The notes below the pieces were generated by a model that did no database searches, was not told the origin of the DNA, and saw only the letters and a list, made by a program, of their open reading frames with translations. Below, piece after piece: positions 1 to 9,270 of a stretch of DNA of 44,996 nt. Position 1 is the stretch's first letter; the number at the start of each line of letters is the position of its first letter. The stretch lies in UHGV virus genome UHGV-0278542. One strand, 5' to 3'. The DNA is from a virus. Position numbers and translations under genes: made by a program.

Positions 1-217
1 GATAGCCTCATCAATAATAAGGCTTTATGCTAGATGCATTCCGCTTTGCGACTCAACCTTTTTCACCTAAAGGATGACAAAATCACATAAATAATTTAAA
101 AATCATAGCATTAGATTACTTAATGGTTAAATAATAGACTGCAAAACGCGACAAAACACAACATATCCAGTCACTATGAATCAACTACTTAGATGGTATT
201 AGTGACCTGTAACAGAG

Positions 218-260
218 AATTAGCGCAAGGTGATTTTTGTCTTCTTGCGCTAATTTTTTG
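218..260 (+). terminator. Intrinsic terminator-like hairpin (10-bp inverted repeat ttagcgcaag/cttgcgctaa) followed by TTTTTTG
   Basis: Perfect inverted repeat 220-229/244-253 with T-run 254-259 on + strand; the reverse strand lacks a U-tract. Confidence 0.45.
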
Positions 261-351
261 TCATAAAACATGTCGCACTCCAGAGAAGCACAAAGCCTTG
301 CAATCCAGTACAAAGCTTTGTGTGTATCAGTTTTGTCCTGTGCGCCGGATA

Positions 352-771
352 TCAATCGGCCTGCTCCCCCGGAGGCGTAGGCCAGACGATATCGGGTGCA
401 GTGACGGCTTTAGTCTTCGCTACTTCGTCAATATAGTCCATCCAGGCATTAAGGCTGGCTGATTCATCATCCGTTAACTTACGCCCCATGAGAAGCTTGG
501 TTTGCCAGATAGTAATCCTTTGCGTAGCTTCATCCAGCAAGAATTGTTTATGCACCTCAGCCTGAGCGATACGTTGCTCCTGCGTAGGCTCTGGTGCCGG
601 GATAATAGTGACAACACCAGCATCATTGACCGTAAAAGTGCTTCCAGGTGCGCGGCTCATGGCTTTTATATACTCCTCGCTCGATACTTCTATCGCACTA
701 TCTGGAATAGACTCATAATTCAGGTCCGGTGGGTAAAATAAGCCATCATGAAACTTATAAACATTTTTCAT
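352..771 (-). CDS. Tail fibre assembly (chaperone) protein, putative
   Basis: ORF track 352-786; ATG at 771 preceded by GAGGGGG; last gene of the tail-fibre operon; size typical of Tfa. Confidence 0.55.
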   Translation of the reverse strand: MKNVYKFHDGLFYPPDLNYESIPDSAIEVSSEEYIKAMSRAPGSTFTVNDAGVVTIIPAPEPTQEQRIAQAEVHKQFLLDEATQRITIWQTKLLMGRKLTDDESASLNAWMDYIDEVAKTKAVTAPDIVWPTPPGEQAD

Positions 772-782
772 CTTTATCCCCC

Positions 783-1673
783 TCAATAACCAATCGCAAT
801 CCAGAAGCAGTTTTCATTAGGGCCGCTGGGTGCATAGTTCTGAATTCTAATTTGTTGAGTCCCTTCTGGACCGACATTCATCGATGCATTTGACCCAGGG
901 GCACCGCGTCCCCCGGTAGCCCAGAGTATCGAGTTAGGAAATGCTACAGCCAGATTGTAGGCAGCATTACTGCCAGGGGGAGTTGAATGCACTCCCCACT
1001 GAATGACAATGGTTTGCGCACCGCCTCCGGCACCGATAATGGGGATTTTAATGTAACCAGTTCCGGCTAATGAACCACGGAATGAGGACATGTCTGGAAT
1101 ATCTGATATCCCTGCAGTACCAACATTTCTCGTAGCTGCGGTACCCAATGATAATGCTGTAATAGCAGCTTTTACGAAAGCCGTGTTAGCAATCTGCGAG
1201 CTGTTTGTGTTTTGTGATGCTGTAGGAACTGTTGGGATTCCGGTAAAAGCTGGGCTATTTAATGGAGCCCCGTCAAGAAATGACAGGAGATTAGACCATC
1301 CAGTAGATGTAGAATTAGGGTTATTGGTGTTTGCATCTATCGTGCTAATGTAAATTTTTGAGTAGTCATCACTTATAACTACTGAACCTTGAGGGTATCC
1401 TCCGATGGCACTAGAAAATTCTGAGTCATACGTATTTAATGCGCCTGAACTTGCCCATCTGCATAAAGCCGACAATTCAAAAAGTATCTGATTTACATCT
1501 TGACCTTTTGGTGGCAAGCCGCCAGCAGATTTCAGGATCATTGTTATTGGTGGAAACCCCTGTTCATACGACGCTGAGTTATCTCCTGCAGGGGTGGTTG
1601 GCAATATTACTCCTCTCTGTCCATTAACTCCAAATGGCTTGGGTTGTTTTTTAGGCGAGTCAGAACGATGCAT
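783..1673 (-). CDS. Tail fibre protein, putative (Gly/Ser/Thr/Asn-rich)
   Basis: 296-aa ORF, ATG at 1673; composition typical of fibre proteins; lies immediately upstream of the Tfa-like gene. Confidence 0.55.
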   Translation of the reverse strand: MHRSDSPKKQPKPFGVNGQRGVILPTTPAGDNSASYEQGFPPITMILKSAGGLPPKGQDVNQILFELSALCRWASSGALNTYDSEFSSAIGGYPQGSVVISDDYSKIYISTIDANTNNPNSTSTGWSNLLSFLDGAPLNSPAFTGIPTVPTASQNTNSSQIANTAFVKAAITALSLGTAATRNVGTAGISDIPDMSSFRGSLAGTGYIKIPIIGAGGGAQTIVIQWGVHSTPPGSNAAYNLAVAFPNSILWATGGRGAPGSNASMNVGPEGTQQIRIQNYAPSGPNENCFWIAIGY

Positions 1674-1675
1674 GC

Positions 1676-2314
1676 TTAATTCCTATAAAATGTGCCATCA
1701 TTAAACGGATAGGCATCAGATGAAAAACCAAAATAAGGGCTAATGACTTTACGTATATTTACCAGAACACCACTCGGAACGGGCATCACCTCATAATTTG
1801 TGAGAATAGATTCTTCGTATGGCGCAAGCTCAAATTCAAACGTTATTCCTATTGTCATATCTCGATAATTTACGCAATATGCTCTCCCTCTTTGATAAAA
1901 AAGTATTTTTAGAAATTTATTTATATCTGGAATGGTGGCTATGCTTATGTTGGTAAATGCCTTGCAAAAAATCAATGTTCTGTAAGCGTTATCCCCGAGC
2001 CTGACATTTGTTGTTTCCTGCACTCCATCATAAAAAGGAGAACCATTAAATGGTGAAGGATAATCAGTGCTTCCATCGTCAGCCTCACTAAATCCAAATG
2101 AGTCACTGTCAATTGGAGCGACAATGTATCTGCTTATACCTACTATTTTCCCCCACATATCAAGGCCAAAAGATTCACACGTTGTCAAATCCCATACCTT
2201 TTTGATGAATTCATCTGTGAAGTCATCTAGGCTTACCGCCTGATTAAAAGTGTCAATGATAGATAATAGTTTTTTGCTTGCCGAGTATTGGGTAAGAATT
2301 GTGTCTTCCCACAT
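1676..2314 (-). CDS. Baseplate/tail protein, putative
   Basis: 212-aa ORF, ATG at 2314, tightly packed between baseplate J-like gene and tail fibre gene. Confidence 0.45.
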   Translation of the reverse strand: MWEDTILTQYSASKKLLSIIDTFNQAVSLDDFTDEFIKKVWDLTTCESFGLDMWGKIVGISRYIVAPIDSDSFGFSEADDGSTDYPSPFNGSPFYDGVQETTNVRLGDNAYRTLIFCKAFTNISIATIPDINKFLKILFYQRGRAYCVNYRDMTIGITFEFELAPYEESILTNYEVMPVPSGVLVNIRKVISPYFGFSSDAYPFNDGTFYRN

Positions 2315-2324
2315 GCCTCATCCC

Positions 2325-3554
2325 TCACGATAGAGTTACGGTAATATCTGATTCCTGAATTGTCGGAACCTGGTCGATACCCATTGTTATTGCTGGCCCA
2401 TAGGATGATCCATCAATGGAGACTTCAAGCGATAAAATCCCAACGGTGTCAGGTGATATTGAAATAACCGGAGCATAATACTTACCGGCGTTAATGGTAG
2501 AGCCTATCCTTGCTTTCCCGATCCCCTCATAACCACCATTGAAAACTGATACGATCATGCTTTTCACTTGTGATGTGATATCACTAGGTGGATTAAGAGA
2601 GCTATCCAGCTCAACGCTAAAATAAACCCTCGTCGGAGTTGCTTTTTGCCACTGCATTACATAGGAAGGGTATGGAGGTAGATAGTTAACATTGTCGTAA
2701 ACCGTGTACGAGGTATCTCCGTTCAGATTTGCTCCAGGGTTGTACGTCTGGAAAATTGACTCCGCTACATCCTTATCAGTTCCACCATACACACAGATGT
2801 AAATAGAGTGCGCCACCACAGGGAAGTTAGTAGCTCCCTGATTTACTGTGGCTGCAGTTCTGTTTGACCATACATAGGCATCCAGCACACCATTCGTAGC
2901 CAGCAAGGCAGATAGTGTCGATGCGTCCTGATTGCGGCTATTTCTCGCGACCGACTGCTTGCGACGTGTTTCAAATGCAATACGTGATTCAACATCAACA
3001 CCAACAACGCCTGGGCTCGCGTTTGTGATCGCATCCCATCCGGATACTGCACGGTAAATCTGATTTAATGCACCTGCTGCACAGGGTATTGGTCCGGTTG
3101 TGTTATTTACAAACTGAACATCAATGCTTCCTGATGCTGGTATTGTTGCGATGTCGATAGACCGGTAAATATATCCATTGGTATCAATGGCTGTGCTTCC
3201 CGCGGGGATTGTCGTTCCGACCTGACCAATGCATGTTGCTGTAACAACTGTCCCCTGAGCAGCGATCCGTTCCATAAAGTAAATCCGGCCAATCCCGTCC
3301 TGGAATCTGCCAGTTGAGAAGTCAGGGTTAATTTGATTAAACAAACAAAGAAGTTTGTCGTATTCCTGAGCAATAATTTCAGTGTCAGACTGTGCGATCT
3401 GCCCTTGCGGTGAACTCAGTGATTGACTAGCACCACCGCCAAGAGCCGTTGACATGTCTGTAAGTCTTCCCGCCAGCACATCCGCTATGTCGGGAACTGA
3501 AAGACCGTTTTCAGTGATGGTTACATCAGGAACAGCCGTATTTAATATCGTCAT
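2325..3554 (-). CDS. Baseplate J-like protein, putative
   Basis: 409-aa ORF; ATG at 3554 overlaps upstream stop (ATGA); size and position match Mu gp47-type baseplate proteins. Confidence 0.55.
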   Translation of the reverse strand: MTILNTAVPDVTITENGLSVPDIADVLAGRLTDMSTALGGGASQSLSSPQGQIAQSDTEIIAQEYDKLLCLFNQINPDFSTGRFQDGIGRIYFMERIAAQGTVVTATCIGQVGTTIPAGSTAIDTNGYIYRSIDIATIPASGSIDVQFVNNTTGPIPCAAGALNQIYRAVSGWDAITNASPGVVGVDVESRIAFETRRKQSVARNSRNQDASTLSALLATNGVLDAYVWSNRTAATVNQGATNFPVVAHSIYICVYGGTDKDVAESIFQTYNPGANLNGDTSYTVYDNVNYLPPYPSYVMQWQKATPTRVYFSVELDSSLNPPSDITSQVKSMIVSVFNGGYEGIGKARIGSTINAGKYYAPVISISPDTVGILSLEVSIDGSSYGPAITMGIDQVPTIQESDITVTLS

Positions 3555-3910
3555 AAGGTGGCCTGTGCAATATTACCATTGATATCTGTAACGCGGATTG
3601 TGCCGCGAGTTGTGCGTGTATTCTTGTCAAAGAAAACTGATGCCAGAGCATCCTCAACAACGGGTAATTTGAGTGCTTCAGCCTGCATTTTCTGAGCAAT
3701 AAAACCAGGAGATGGTCGCCTGCCAAGAACTTCTGCCTTCCATGGGATCCCAAGTGTATTGTCGTAATAACACTCTCCTGAAAACACCAGGCATGCACTG
3801 GCGACATCCTGAGCAACAGAATATGATTCTTCTGCGATCGCCAGATTGCCATTTCCGTCAAGCGTCAAGTCCCACGTAGATGTGTCCAGTAGCATAGTTC
3901 TGTATGTCAT
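3551..3910 (-). CDS. Baseplate wedge protein, putative (Mu gp46/W-like position)
   Basis: 119-aa ORF, ATGA-coupled at both ends. Confidence 0.45.
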   Translation of the reverse strand: MTYRTMLLDTSTWDLTLDGNGNLAIAEESYSVAQDVASACLVFSGECYYDNTLGIPWKAEVLGRRPSPGFIAQKMQAEALKLPVVEDALASVFFDKNTRTTRGTIRVTDINGNIAQATL

Positions 3911-4599
3911 GTCGGTTTATCCGTTGCATTGGAATTTATTGTTGCCCCACCACTTTGTACACCTGAAACAGAATGTTTGTGATTGTTATAATTGTCCCTT
4001 AAATTTTTAACAGTAGATGACTGTGAACTTGCGTTATCCTGAATATCACCGCTAACTTTAAGTAAAGGAGTATTCATGTTGACTCCATCAGGAGCATCAA
4101 TATTTAACGATGAACATTTAATATTTAGTGGGTTAGGCGTGGTTATGTTTATTGCACCATCAGCAAATTCAATGAATTGAGTAGGTGCAATATTTAATAC
4201 CCCACCAAGATAAATTGCATCAGATTTACTGTGTCGCCTTTTGCTTCCAGGTACTGATTCTTTACGATTTTTTCTTACCAGTGATGTGTCTTTGTCACAT
4301 ATCGCAATCAGACCAATATCACCCGCCACAGGGTCCATAATTACAGCGCTGTTTCCTCTTTGCAACCGCCATACGGGAAGGTCATATAAAACCGAGTTGG
4401 AAATCATTTTTCCTGTACGGTCTGTTCTGGTAAGCAAAGGAAGAGCATCAACAACTAAATCTGGTGCCTCACCCCTGACTTCCTGAACTTTTGCTAACTC
4501 AATGAAGAAATATCCAGACATCAGCATCTCAAAAATATATTCCTGAGATTGAGCCTCACTTACCTGAGCAGGCGTTGGAGTAAATAGTTGCTTATCCAT
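3907..4599 (-). CDS. Baseplate spike/assembly protein, putative (start uncertain; track ORF extends to 4692)
   Basis: ORF track 3907-4692; internal ATG at 4599 gives minimal overlap with the upstream gene. Confidence 0.4.
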   Translation of the reverse strand: MDKQLFTPTPAQVSEAQSQEYIFEMLMSGYFFIELAKVQEVRGEAPDLVVDALPLLTRTDRTGKMISNSVLYDLPVWRLQRGNSAVIMDPVAGDIGLIAICDKDTSLVRKNRKESVPGSKRRHSKSDAIYLGGVLNIAPTQFIEFADGAINITTPNPLNIKCSSLNIDAPDGVNMNTPLLKVSGDIQDNASSQSSTVKNLRDNYNNHKHSVSGVQSGGATINSNATDKPT

Positions 4600-5473
4600 T
4601 ATTCTGTTGCGCCTCTGCTCTTTGTTCCGCTGTTCTGGCGGCAATACATATTGAGTGCCATGAACCATTTGGCATCCATGATGATAATTCATGCCGAACG
4701 GAGGTTAACTTATACCTTCCGCTTGCATGTGGTAGTTCTGTTTTGATATCCACATATCTTCCAATGCAAAGGAGAGATGAATATTGCGTCTGAAACATCA
4801 GTCCCCCATTTGAAAATACAGGATATCCAACAAGTCCGTATTCTCTGGATATAAACGGAATTACATCGTCTCTGTTTTTTTCTGAAGGCCAGAACTCTAC
4901 TTTTGTAGGTGGCGTAGCTGACATCGCCAGTCCATAATCTGAACAGACCCTATAAAGTTGCTCAAAAACACTTCCTTCAAAATGCGGACTTCCTGATGTT
5001 GTCATCCCTTTTACATTATTAAACACAGCTTCATAACCTGCACTTGCACAAATGGATGAGATGACATCTTCAACACTTTGCGCCCCCTGCGCTGTAAACG
5101 GGCTTGCTGCCATGTTCTGTAAATCAACATTAGGAGAGGCTGTTATCATCAGACTGCTTTCAGGAGCAGAATTCATGTTTGCTATTGATGAAAGCATCGT
5201 GCCGGAGAAAACAAGAGAATCATCAGCAAATACCTCAACATTTAACTTCTGACCTTCCCCAACAATACCATCAGCCTTCCCTGATATATCAGCAAGTCTT
5301 TCGATTCCTAACCCGTAAAGAGATATATCAGCCTGAGCACCTCCCCGACCGGTAACAAAATTCAGGGATACTGTTGACTTAACATTTCTGATGGAGATTT
5401 TATTGTTTCCATTTTTATCAAATGCTGATGATTCATTCGTGAAGTCAAACCGAAGAATGTGATTTTTATACAA
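4592..5473 (-). CDS. Baseplate/tail protein, putative (start uncertain, possibly TTG at 5473; track ORF extends to 5581)
   Basis: ORF track 4592-5581; long overlap with the upstream 100-aa ORF suggests a later start. Confidence 0.4.
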   Translation of the reverse strand: MYKNHILRFDFTNESSAFDKNGNNKISIRNVKSTVSLNFVTGRGGAQADISLYGLGIERLADISGKADGIVGEGQKLNVEVFADDSLVFSGTMLSSIANMNSAPESSLMITASPNVDLQNMAASPFTAQGAQSVEDVISSICASAGYEAVFNNVKGMTTSGSPHFEGSVFEQLYRVCSDYGLAMSATPPTKVEFWPSEKNRDDVIPFISREYGLVGYPVFSNGGLMFQTQYSSLLCIGRYVDIKTELPHASGRYKLTSVRHELSSWMPNGSWHSICIAARTAEQRAEAQQNNG

Positions 5474-5768
5474 GCTCGTTTTCCTCGATGTAATACAGCA
5501 AGTAACGGCTACCCAAGCCTTCCCATCGCGGGTCCGATTCCCCATCATTATCAATGAAAATAAGGTCTCCCTTAAATCCAAGGTAGGAATATCTTACCAT
5601 CTTATTCCCATGCAGACATGGAACGCCCTGCATAATTGGGACTTCATTAACAGTTAAATCCATGTACATAAAACTCTGTCGCTGAACAAGTTTTATATTA
5701 CATTGCTGACCAGCCAGACTTACCGAAATGGACTGAGATTTGCTGGGAAGAACAGATACTGTAATCAT
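5466..5768 (-). CDS. Small tail protein, hypothetical
   Basis: 100-aa ORF, ATG at 5768 overlapping upstream stop (ATGA). Confidence 0.4.
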   Translation of the reverse strand: MITVSVLPSKSQSISVSLAGQQCNIKLVQRQSFMYMDLTVNEVPIMQGVPCLHGNKMVRYSYLGFKGDLIFIDNDGESDPRWEGLGSRYLLYYIEENELV

Positions 5769-6580
5769 GTACTCGCCTTAACTATATTTTTTGCAATATC
5801 TGCCGCTTTTTTTGTTGCGCTGTTTGTGACTTCGAGTATTGGTTTGGATACCGTATCAAGAGCACTCTGGAATTCAGTCTTGATTGTGTCTGAAATTTTT
5901 CCAGTGATTCCGCCAACAGATGATTTCAGTGATGACCATGATTTACTTAGTTCATCGACAGTGGACTCCCTGGCTCCGCCGTTGGTTATTTGCGGATCAA
6001 CGCCTACCTCCCCCTGTGACTTGTTGTTATCCGTTGGCTTCTGTTCTGACTGAGAGCCAGAGAGGATAACCTCCATTTGCTGAATGACCTCCTGAAAATC
6101 AAGATAAACCGTCAGAAGAGTCACCCCTTTTTGAGAGTTAACTTCGTAATAGTGGTCAACAAGGTCGAAACTCTCCAGAGTTTCCTTTGGCGTTTCAATA
6201 TCGTATGTTTTTGCAGAGGACAGCATCGTTTTGATTGTGTTCAGCGTGCTGTTCTGGCTTGTGAATGTGAGATCGAAAATATTCGGGATATTGCCGGAAA
6301 AACCAGTAAGACCATTTACGATGATTGCGCATCTTACCCTGGCGGGTTCTTTAACTTTGTTGATGGACTGGTATTTCCCTTTCTCCACCGGAGCGTTTGT
6401 TATTTGCGCCCTGCCACTTGGCTGCACGGATGCCATACCACTGAACTCAAGAGCAACCTCGCCAGTTTCCCTGTCACGAATCACATACTGAGGATGCAGA
6501 ACGCTGTCGATGATCGAAAGCGGAGAGCCACCACCGATAGCATTGAATATGTCTGCTGTGTTTAAATCGATTATGCCCAT
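5765..6580 (-). CDS. Tail protein, hypothetical (Mu gp43-like position)
   Basis: 271-aa ORF, ATG at 6580; first gene after the ant cassette in the tail operon. Confidence 0.45.
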   Translation of the reverse strand: MGIIDLNTADIFNAIGGGSPLSIIDSVLHPQYVIRDRETGEVALEFSGMASVQPSGRAQITNAPVEKGKYQSINKVKEPARVRCAIIVNGLTGFSGNIPNIFDLTFTSQNSTLNTIKTMLSSAKTYDIETPKETLESFDLVDHYYEVNSQKGVTLLTVYLDFQEVIQQMEVILSGSQSEQKPTDNNKSQGEVGVDPQITNGGARESTVDELSKSWSSLKSSVGGITGKISDTIKTEFQSALDTVSKPILEVTNSATKKAADIAKNIVKAST

Positions 6581-6636
6581 CTACTCTCCATTAAACAAAA
6601 ACCCAGCCGAAGCTGGGTCGTTGCGTTGGTTATCTG

Positions 6637-7566
6637 TCAGTAGTTATGTACTGAAGGAGGTAATTCTTTATTCTTAAGTCTCATCCATGCGGAAAGATTC
6701 GTTGGTCCGTCTGGCTCATTGATATCAACATCTCGTGTGTGGTTTATTAAAACGTCTCTCGCCATTCCGATAACATACGAGAACTCATGACCGTAGTCGT
6801 AGCATCTGCCGGAATAGTTCGATTGAATTTGTTTTAGCGCCGGATACAGTTCGCGGAATAATGCCTGTGAGCGGTTGGCATAATCCCATAGCCATACAAG
6901 GCTGTTTGCTTCTTTTGCAGAAAGCTCGTTGGTTTTCTTCTCTTGTTTGCCGATGAACTCACCTTCAAGTGGAACTCGAGCTGCAAGTGACAGTGCTTCG
7001 GCAAACTGCTCCTCACTGATTTCTTTGTATGAACACCCAAAATGAGATTTCAGTGACGACCACATGGTGATCATCGCCTGCGCCTGTTTTTCTTTTGGCA
7101 GAGACTGACCGCGACTCATGACGAGTTGTTTAATAGCTTCCTGCTGTTCAGTGGTGATTTTACCCGGCAATGCCTTTTTAGCTTTGCGCGGGTTAACCAC
7201 ATGGCCTTTAGTCCAGTATTCGTATAGCACATCGTCACACTCTTCCTGATACTGGATTACCTTGTCGCGGATTTCAGGGCGGACTTTGTTAGGACTGATG
7301 GTTTGCAGCCAACCTGCAAGTTTGCGTAAAGCAAGACAGATAACCAAACGACGCTGAGTATCGCCGGGGAGCTGAATCATCATTTCGATGATGCAGGTCT
7401 TAAATCTCTCCATCAACTTGCGGTGTTGAGACTGCCAAGTCATACCCATTCCTTCAACGATAGGTTTCATTGGGGTATACGGTTCGCCGTTGTGATTGAC
7501 AACATAAAGCTCTGCGCCGTGGAATGGTACGTTGATAGTAGATACCGCTGTTGCTATACTTTTCAT
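6637..7566 (-). CDS. ant: Antirepressor Ant-like protein (AntA/KilAC-type N-terminal region)
   Basis: 309-aa ORF; N-terminal sequence [34 protein letters not shown] resembles phage antirepressor N-domains; preceded by an Arc-like gene and divergent from an Mnt-like gene, as in P22 immI. Confidence 0.65.
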   Translation of the reverse strand: MKSIATAVSTINVPFHGAELYVVNHNGEPYTPMKPIVEGMGMTWQSQHRKLMERFKTCIIEMMIQLPGDTQRRLVICLALRKLAGWLQTISPNKVRPEIRDKVIQYQEECDDVLYEYWTKGHVVNPRKAKKALPGKITTEQQEAIKQLVMSRGQSLPKEKQAQAMITMWSSLKSHFGCSYKEISEEQFAEALSLAARVPLEGEFIGKQEKKTNELSAKEANSLVWLWDYANRSQALFRELYPALKQIQSNYSGRCYDYGHEFSYVIGMARDVLINHTRDVDINEPDGPTNLSAWMRLKNKELPPSVHNY

Positions 7567-7632
7567 GTCAGTTTTTCCTCAATACTTACTGGCGATTTAA
7601 GCCCTAGATACTCGCAATATCTGGGGCTTTAC

Positions 7633-7779
7633 TCATTCTGGACAAACAATCCCGTCCTTAGCTACCGACTCCTTAAGCCTCCTCAACACCTCATTGCTGA
7701 ATGACCGATCATCCTTTTTCGCTGACTGCTCCAAAGCTTTTTCGAGCCATTCTGGCATCCTTAACGTTTTTACTTTCAT
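7633..7779 (-). CDS. arc: Arc-like ribbon-helix-helix repressor (48 aa; below the ORF-track size cutoff)
   Basis: Hand-translated MKVKTLRMPEWLEKALEQSAKKDDRSFSNEVLRRLKESVAKDGIVCPE; AGGAG 6 nt upstream of ATG; directly upstream of ant. Confidence 0.5.
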   Translation of the reverse strand: MKVKTLRMPEWLEKALEQSAKKDDRSFSNEVLRRLKESVAKDGIVCPE

Positions 7780-7884
7780 TTTCGCTCCTTTGGTATGCGG
7801 TACGCATACATAGTATGTAGGTACGCATTGATAGTCAATAGATACCTACATATCCTGTGGTAAAAAATTATTCAGGATATGCTG
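7780..7884. promoter_or_regulatory. Divergent promoter/operator region between arc-ant and the mnt-like gene, with nested palindromes
   Basis: Inverted repeats atgtaggta...tacctacat and attga-tag-tcaat, plus a repeated gtacgcat element, in a 105-bp intergenic region. Confidence 0.5.
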
Positions 7885-8127
7885 ATGTCTGAACGCAGGT
7901 ACAAGAACCCACAAGTTAATCTTCGACTTCCTGTGGAGATAAAGGATCGCCTAACCGCGTTAGCTGAGGCGAATGGCAGATCTTTAAATGCAGAAATGGT
8001 TGCAGCTCTAAGTGCATGGGCAGGAGAAAATAAACATGTTCACTCGCTTAGCCTTTCTTCCTTAACCGAAAGATTAATAGCTCTTGAGAGAGAGGTTGCA
8101 GCCATTAAGGAAGCAAACATCAAGTAA
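7885..8127 (+). CDS. mnt: Mnt-like ribbon-helix-helix repressor
   Basis: ORF track 7879-8127; N-terminal NLRLPVEIKDRLTALAEANGRSLNAEMVAAL resembles P22 Mnt/Arc RHH motif; about 80 aa; divergent from arc-ant. Confidence 0.55.
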   Translation: MSERRYKNPQVNLRLPVEIKDRLTALAEANGRSLNAEMVAALSAWAGENKHVHSLSLSSLTERLIALEREVAAIKEANIK

Positions 8128-8150
8128 GAAGACGATATTACGAGGTTGCT

Positions 8151-8618
8151 ATGGCATGTCTTAGCAAGGAAGAAAATGAAATCATCAATGTAGAATTTAA
8201 AAAAACATCAGCAGATGAGTTGTTGATAATCAAGAAATTAATTATCGATGTTAAGAACCATAAAGGGCTATACCAAGATGTCGTAAAGCATGGTCGAAAC
8301 CTGTACAACTCAAAGAATAACATCATTCAAGAAACCGGACTTAGCGAAAAGATATCTGGTCGTCTTGCTATGATCCTTTGGTCTATCACTAATCCTGAGG
8401 TTGAGGCGGCACGCCGATTAAAGATTAAGATCACTGAGGCAACGTGGGTGTTTGAGGATTTCCTATGTAAACATCCCAGTCACCGCAATCTCAATGGCAA
8501 AAAGTACTCTATTCGTAAAGGAATCAGGATCGGCTTTTTCAAGCACATCCACCCAGGACAACTTGTAGGGTGTGGATGTTTATCTAGACCCATAATTCCA
8601 GGATTAAAAAACTCTTGA
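8151..8618 (+). CDS. Hypothetical protein with a MuF-like C-terminal motif
   Basis: 155-aa ORF, GAGG RBS; C-terminus HPSHRNLNGKKYSIRKG...HPGQLVGCGCLSRPIIPGLKNS parallels the C-terminus of the head-morphogenesis protein at 19513-20331 ([17 protein letters not shown]...[22 protein letters not shown]). Confidence 0.5.
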   Translation: MACLSKEENEIINVEFKKTSADELLIIKKLIIDVKNHKGLYQDVVKHGRNLYNSKNNIIQETGLSEKISGRLAMILWSITNPEVEAARRLKIKITEATWVFEDFLCKHPSHRNLNGKKYSIRKGIRIGFFKHIHPGQLVGCGCLSRPIIPGLKNS

Positions 8619-8627
8619 TAGTAGTAA

Positions 8628-8867
8628 TTAATTTCCATCAAGAGCAGCAAGCAGCGAAGTGCGCAACTCTTCTTGAGTCATTTTCAACTCTCCGCTCTTT
8701 GTTTGCCGGCGAAGATCATCGACCACCATTTTGGTGAATTCTGTAGGGGTAATCTCACTCTCGATAGAGACCTCTCTCCCGAGAAGCAATGCTATCCCAC
8801 CCAAAATTAGGCTAAAGGCATTACCAATATTTTTTAACGATGGAGTGTAAACGATGGAAAGTTTCAT
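8628..8867 (-). CDS. Hypothetical small protein (79 aa, one hydrophobic segment); alternative to the full 161-aa track ORF
   Basis: C-terminal part of track ORF 8628-9113 reads protein-like from the internal ATG at 8867; the N-terminal part looks like antisense of the + gene. Confidence 0.3.
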   Translation of the reverse strand: MKLSIVYTPSLKNIGNAFSLILGGIALLLGREVSIESEITPTEFTKMVVDDLRRQTKSGELKMTQEELRTSLLAALDGN

Positions 8868-9204
8868 TTTTACCGTCCGACAAGAAGATGTTGAATCATT
8901 GAACGAAGCAATGCAAACATGGGGGCTAGAACATAAGCCACATGTAACACTAGCATTCGACAGCTCGTCTCCACCAGAGTGGGTGCAAGTAATTGTTAAC
9001 GGAATAACAAGCCCTGCGGCAATGAATTGTTTATCTGCTGCAATTGGATATTTCGTCGCCAGAAACAAGGGGAAAAAGCTAGAGATACAAACTAACGACG
9101 GGAAAAGATTCATCGCTGAAGGGTTTAATCATCGTGAAATAAGCGCCTTACTGAGCGAATGTCAAGATCATATCGTTGTCAATAATGATGACAAGCCCAC
9201 CTGA
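8854..9204 (+). CDS. Hypothetical protein
   Basis: 116-aa ORF with GGAG 9 nt upstream of ATG; AT-rich cargo region. Confidence 0.4.
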   Translation: MESFIFTVRQEDVESLNEAMQTWGLEHKPHVTLAFDSSSPPEWVQVIVNGITSPAAMNCLSAAIGYFVARNKGKKLEIQTNDGKRFIAEGFNHREISALLSECQDHIVVNNDDKPT

Positions 9205-9270
9205 GTAGGCATTGCGTGTTTTTTCTTCATTTAATGGGTAGAATCATCAAAACAGCACAAGGATTATAAT

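Noticed and set aside
193-462. Forward ORF of 89 aa at the left end
   Set aside because: It spans the terminator hairpin and overlaps the 3' end of the tail-fibre-assembly gene antisense; no RBS and junk-like composition.
8628-9113. Full-length 161-aa reverse ORF
   Set aside because: Its N-terminal half is antisense to the better-supported forward ORF 8854-9204 and reads as Cys/Ser-rich junk; only the C-terminal 79 codons were kept as a low-confidence feature.
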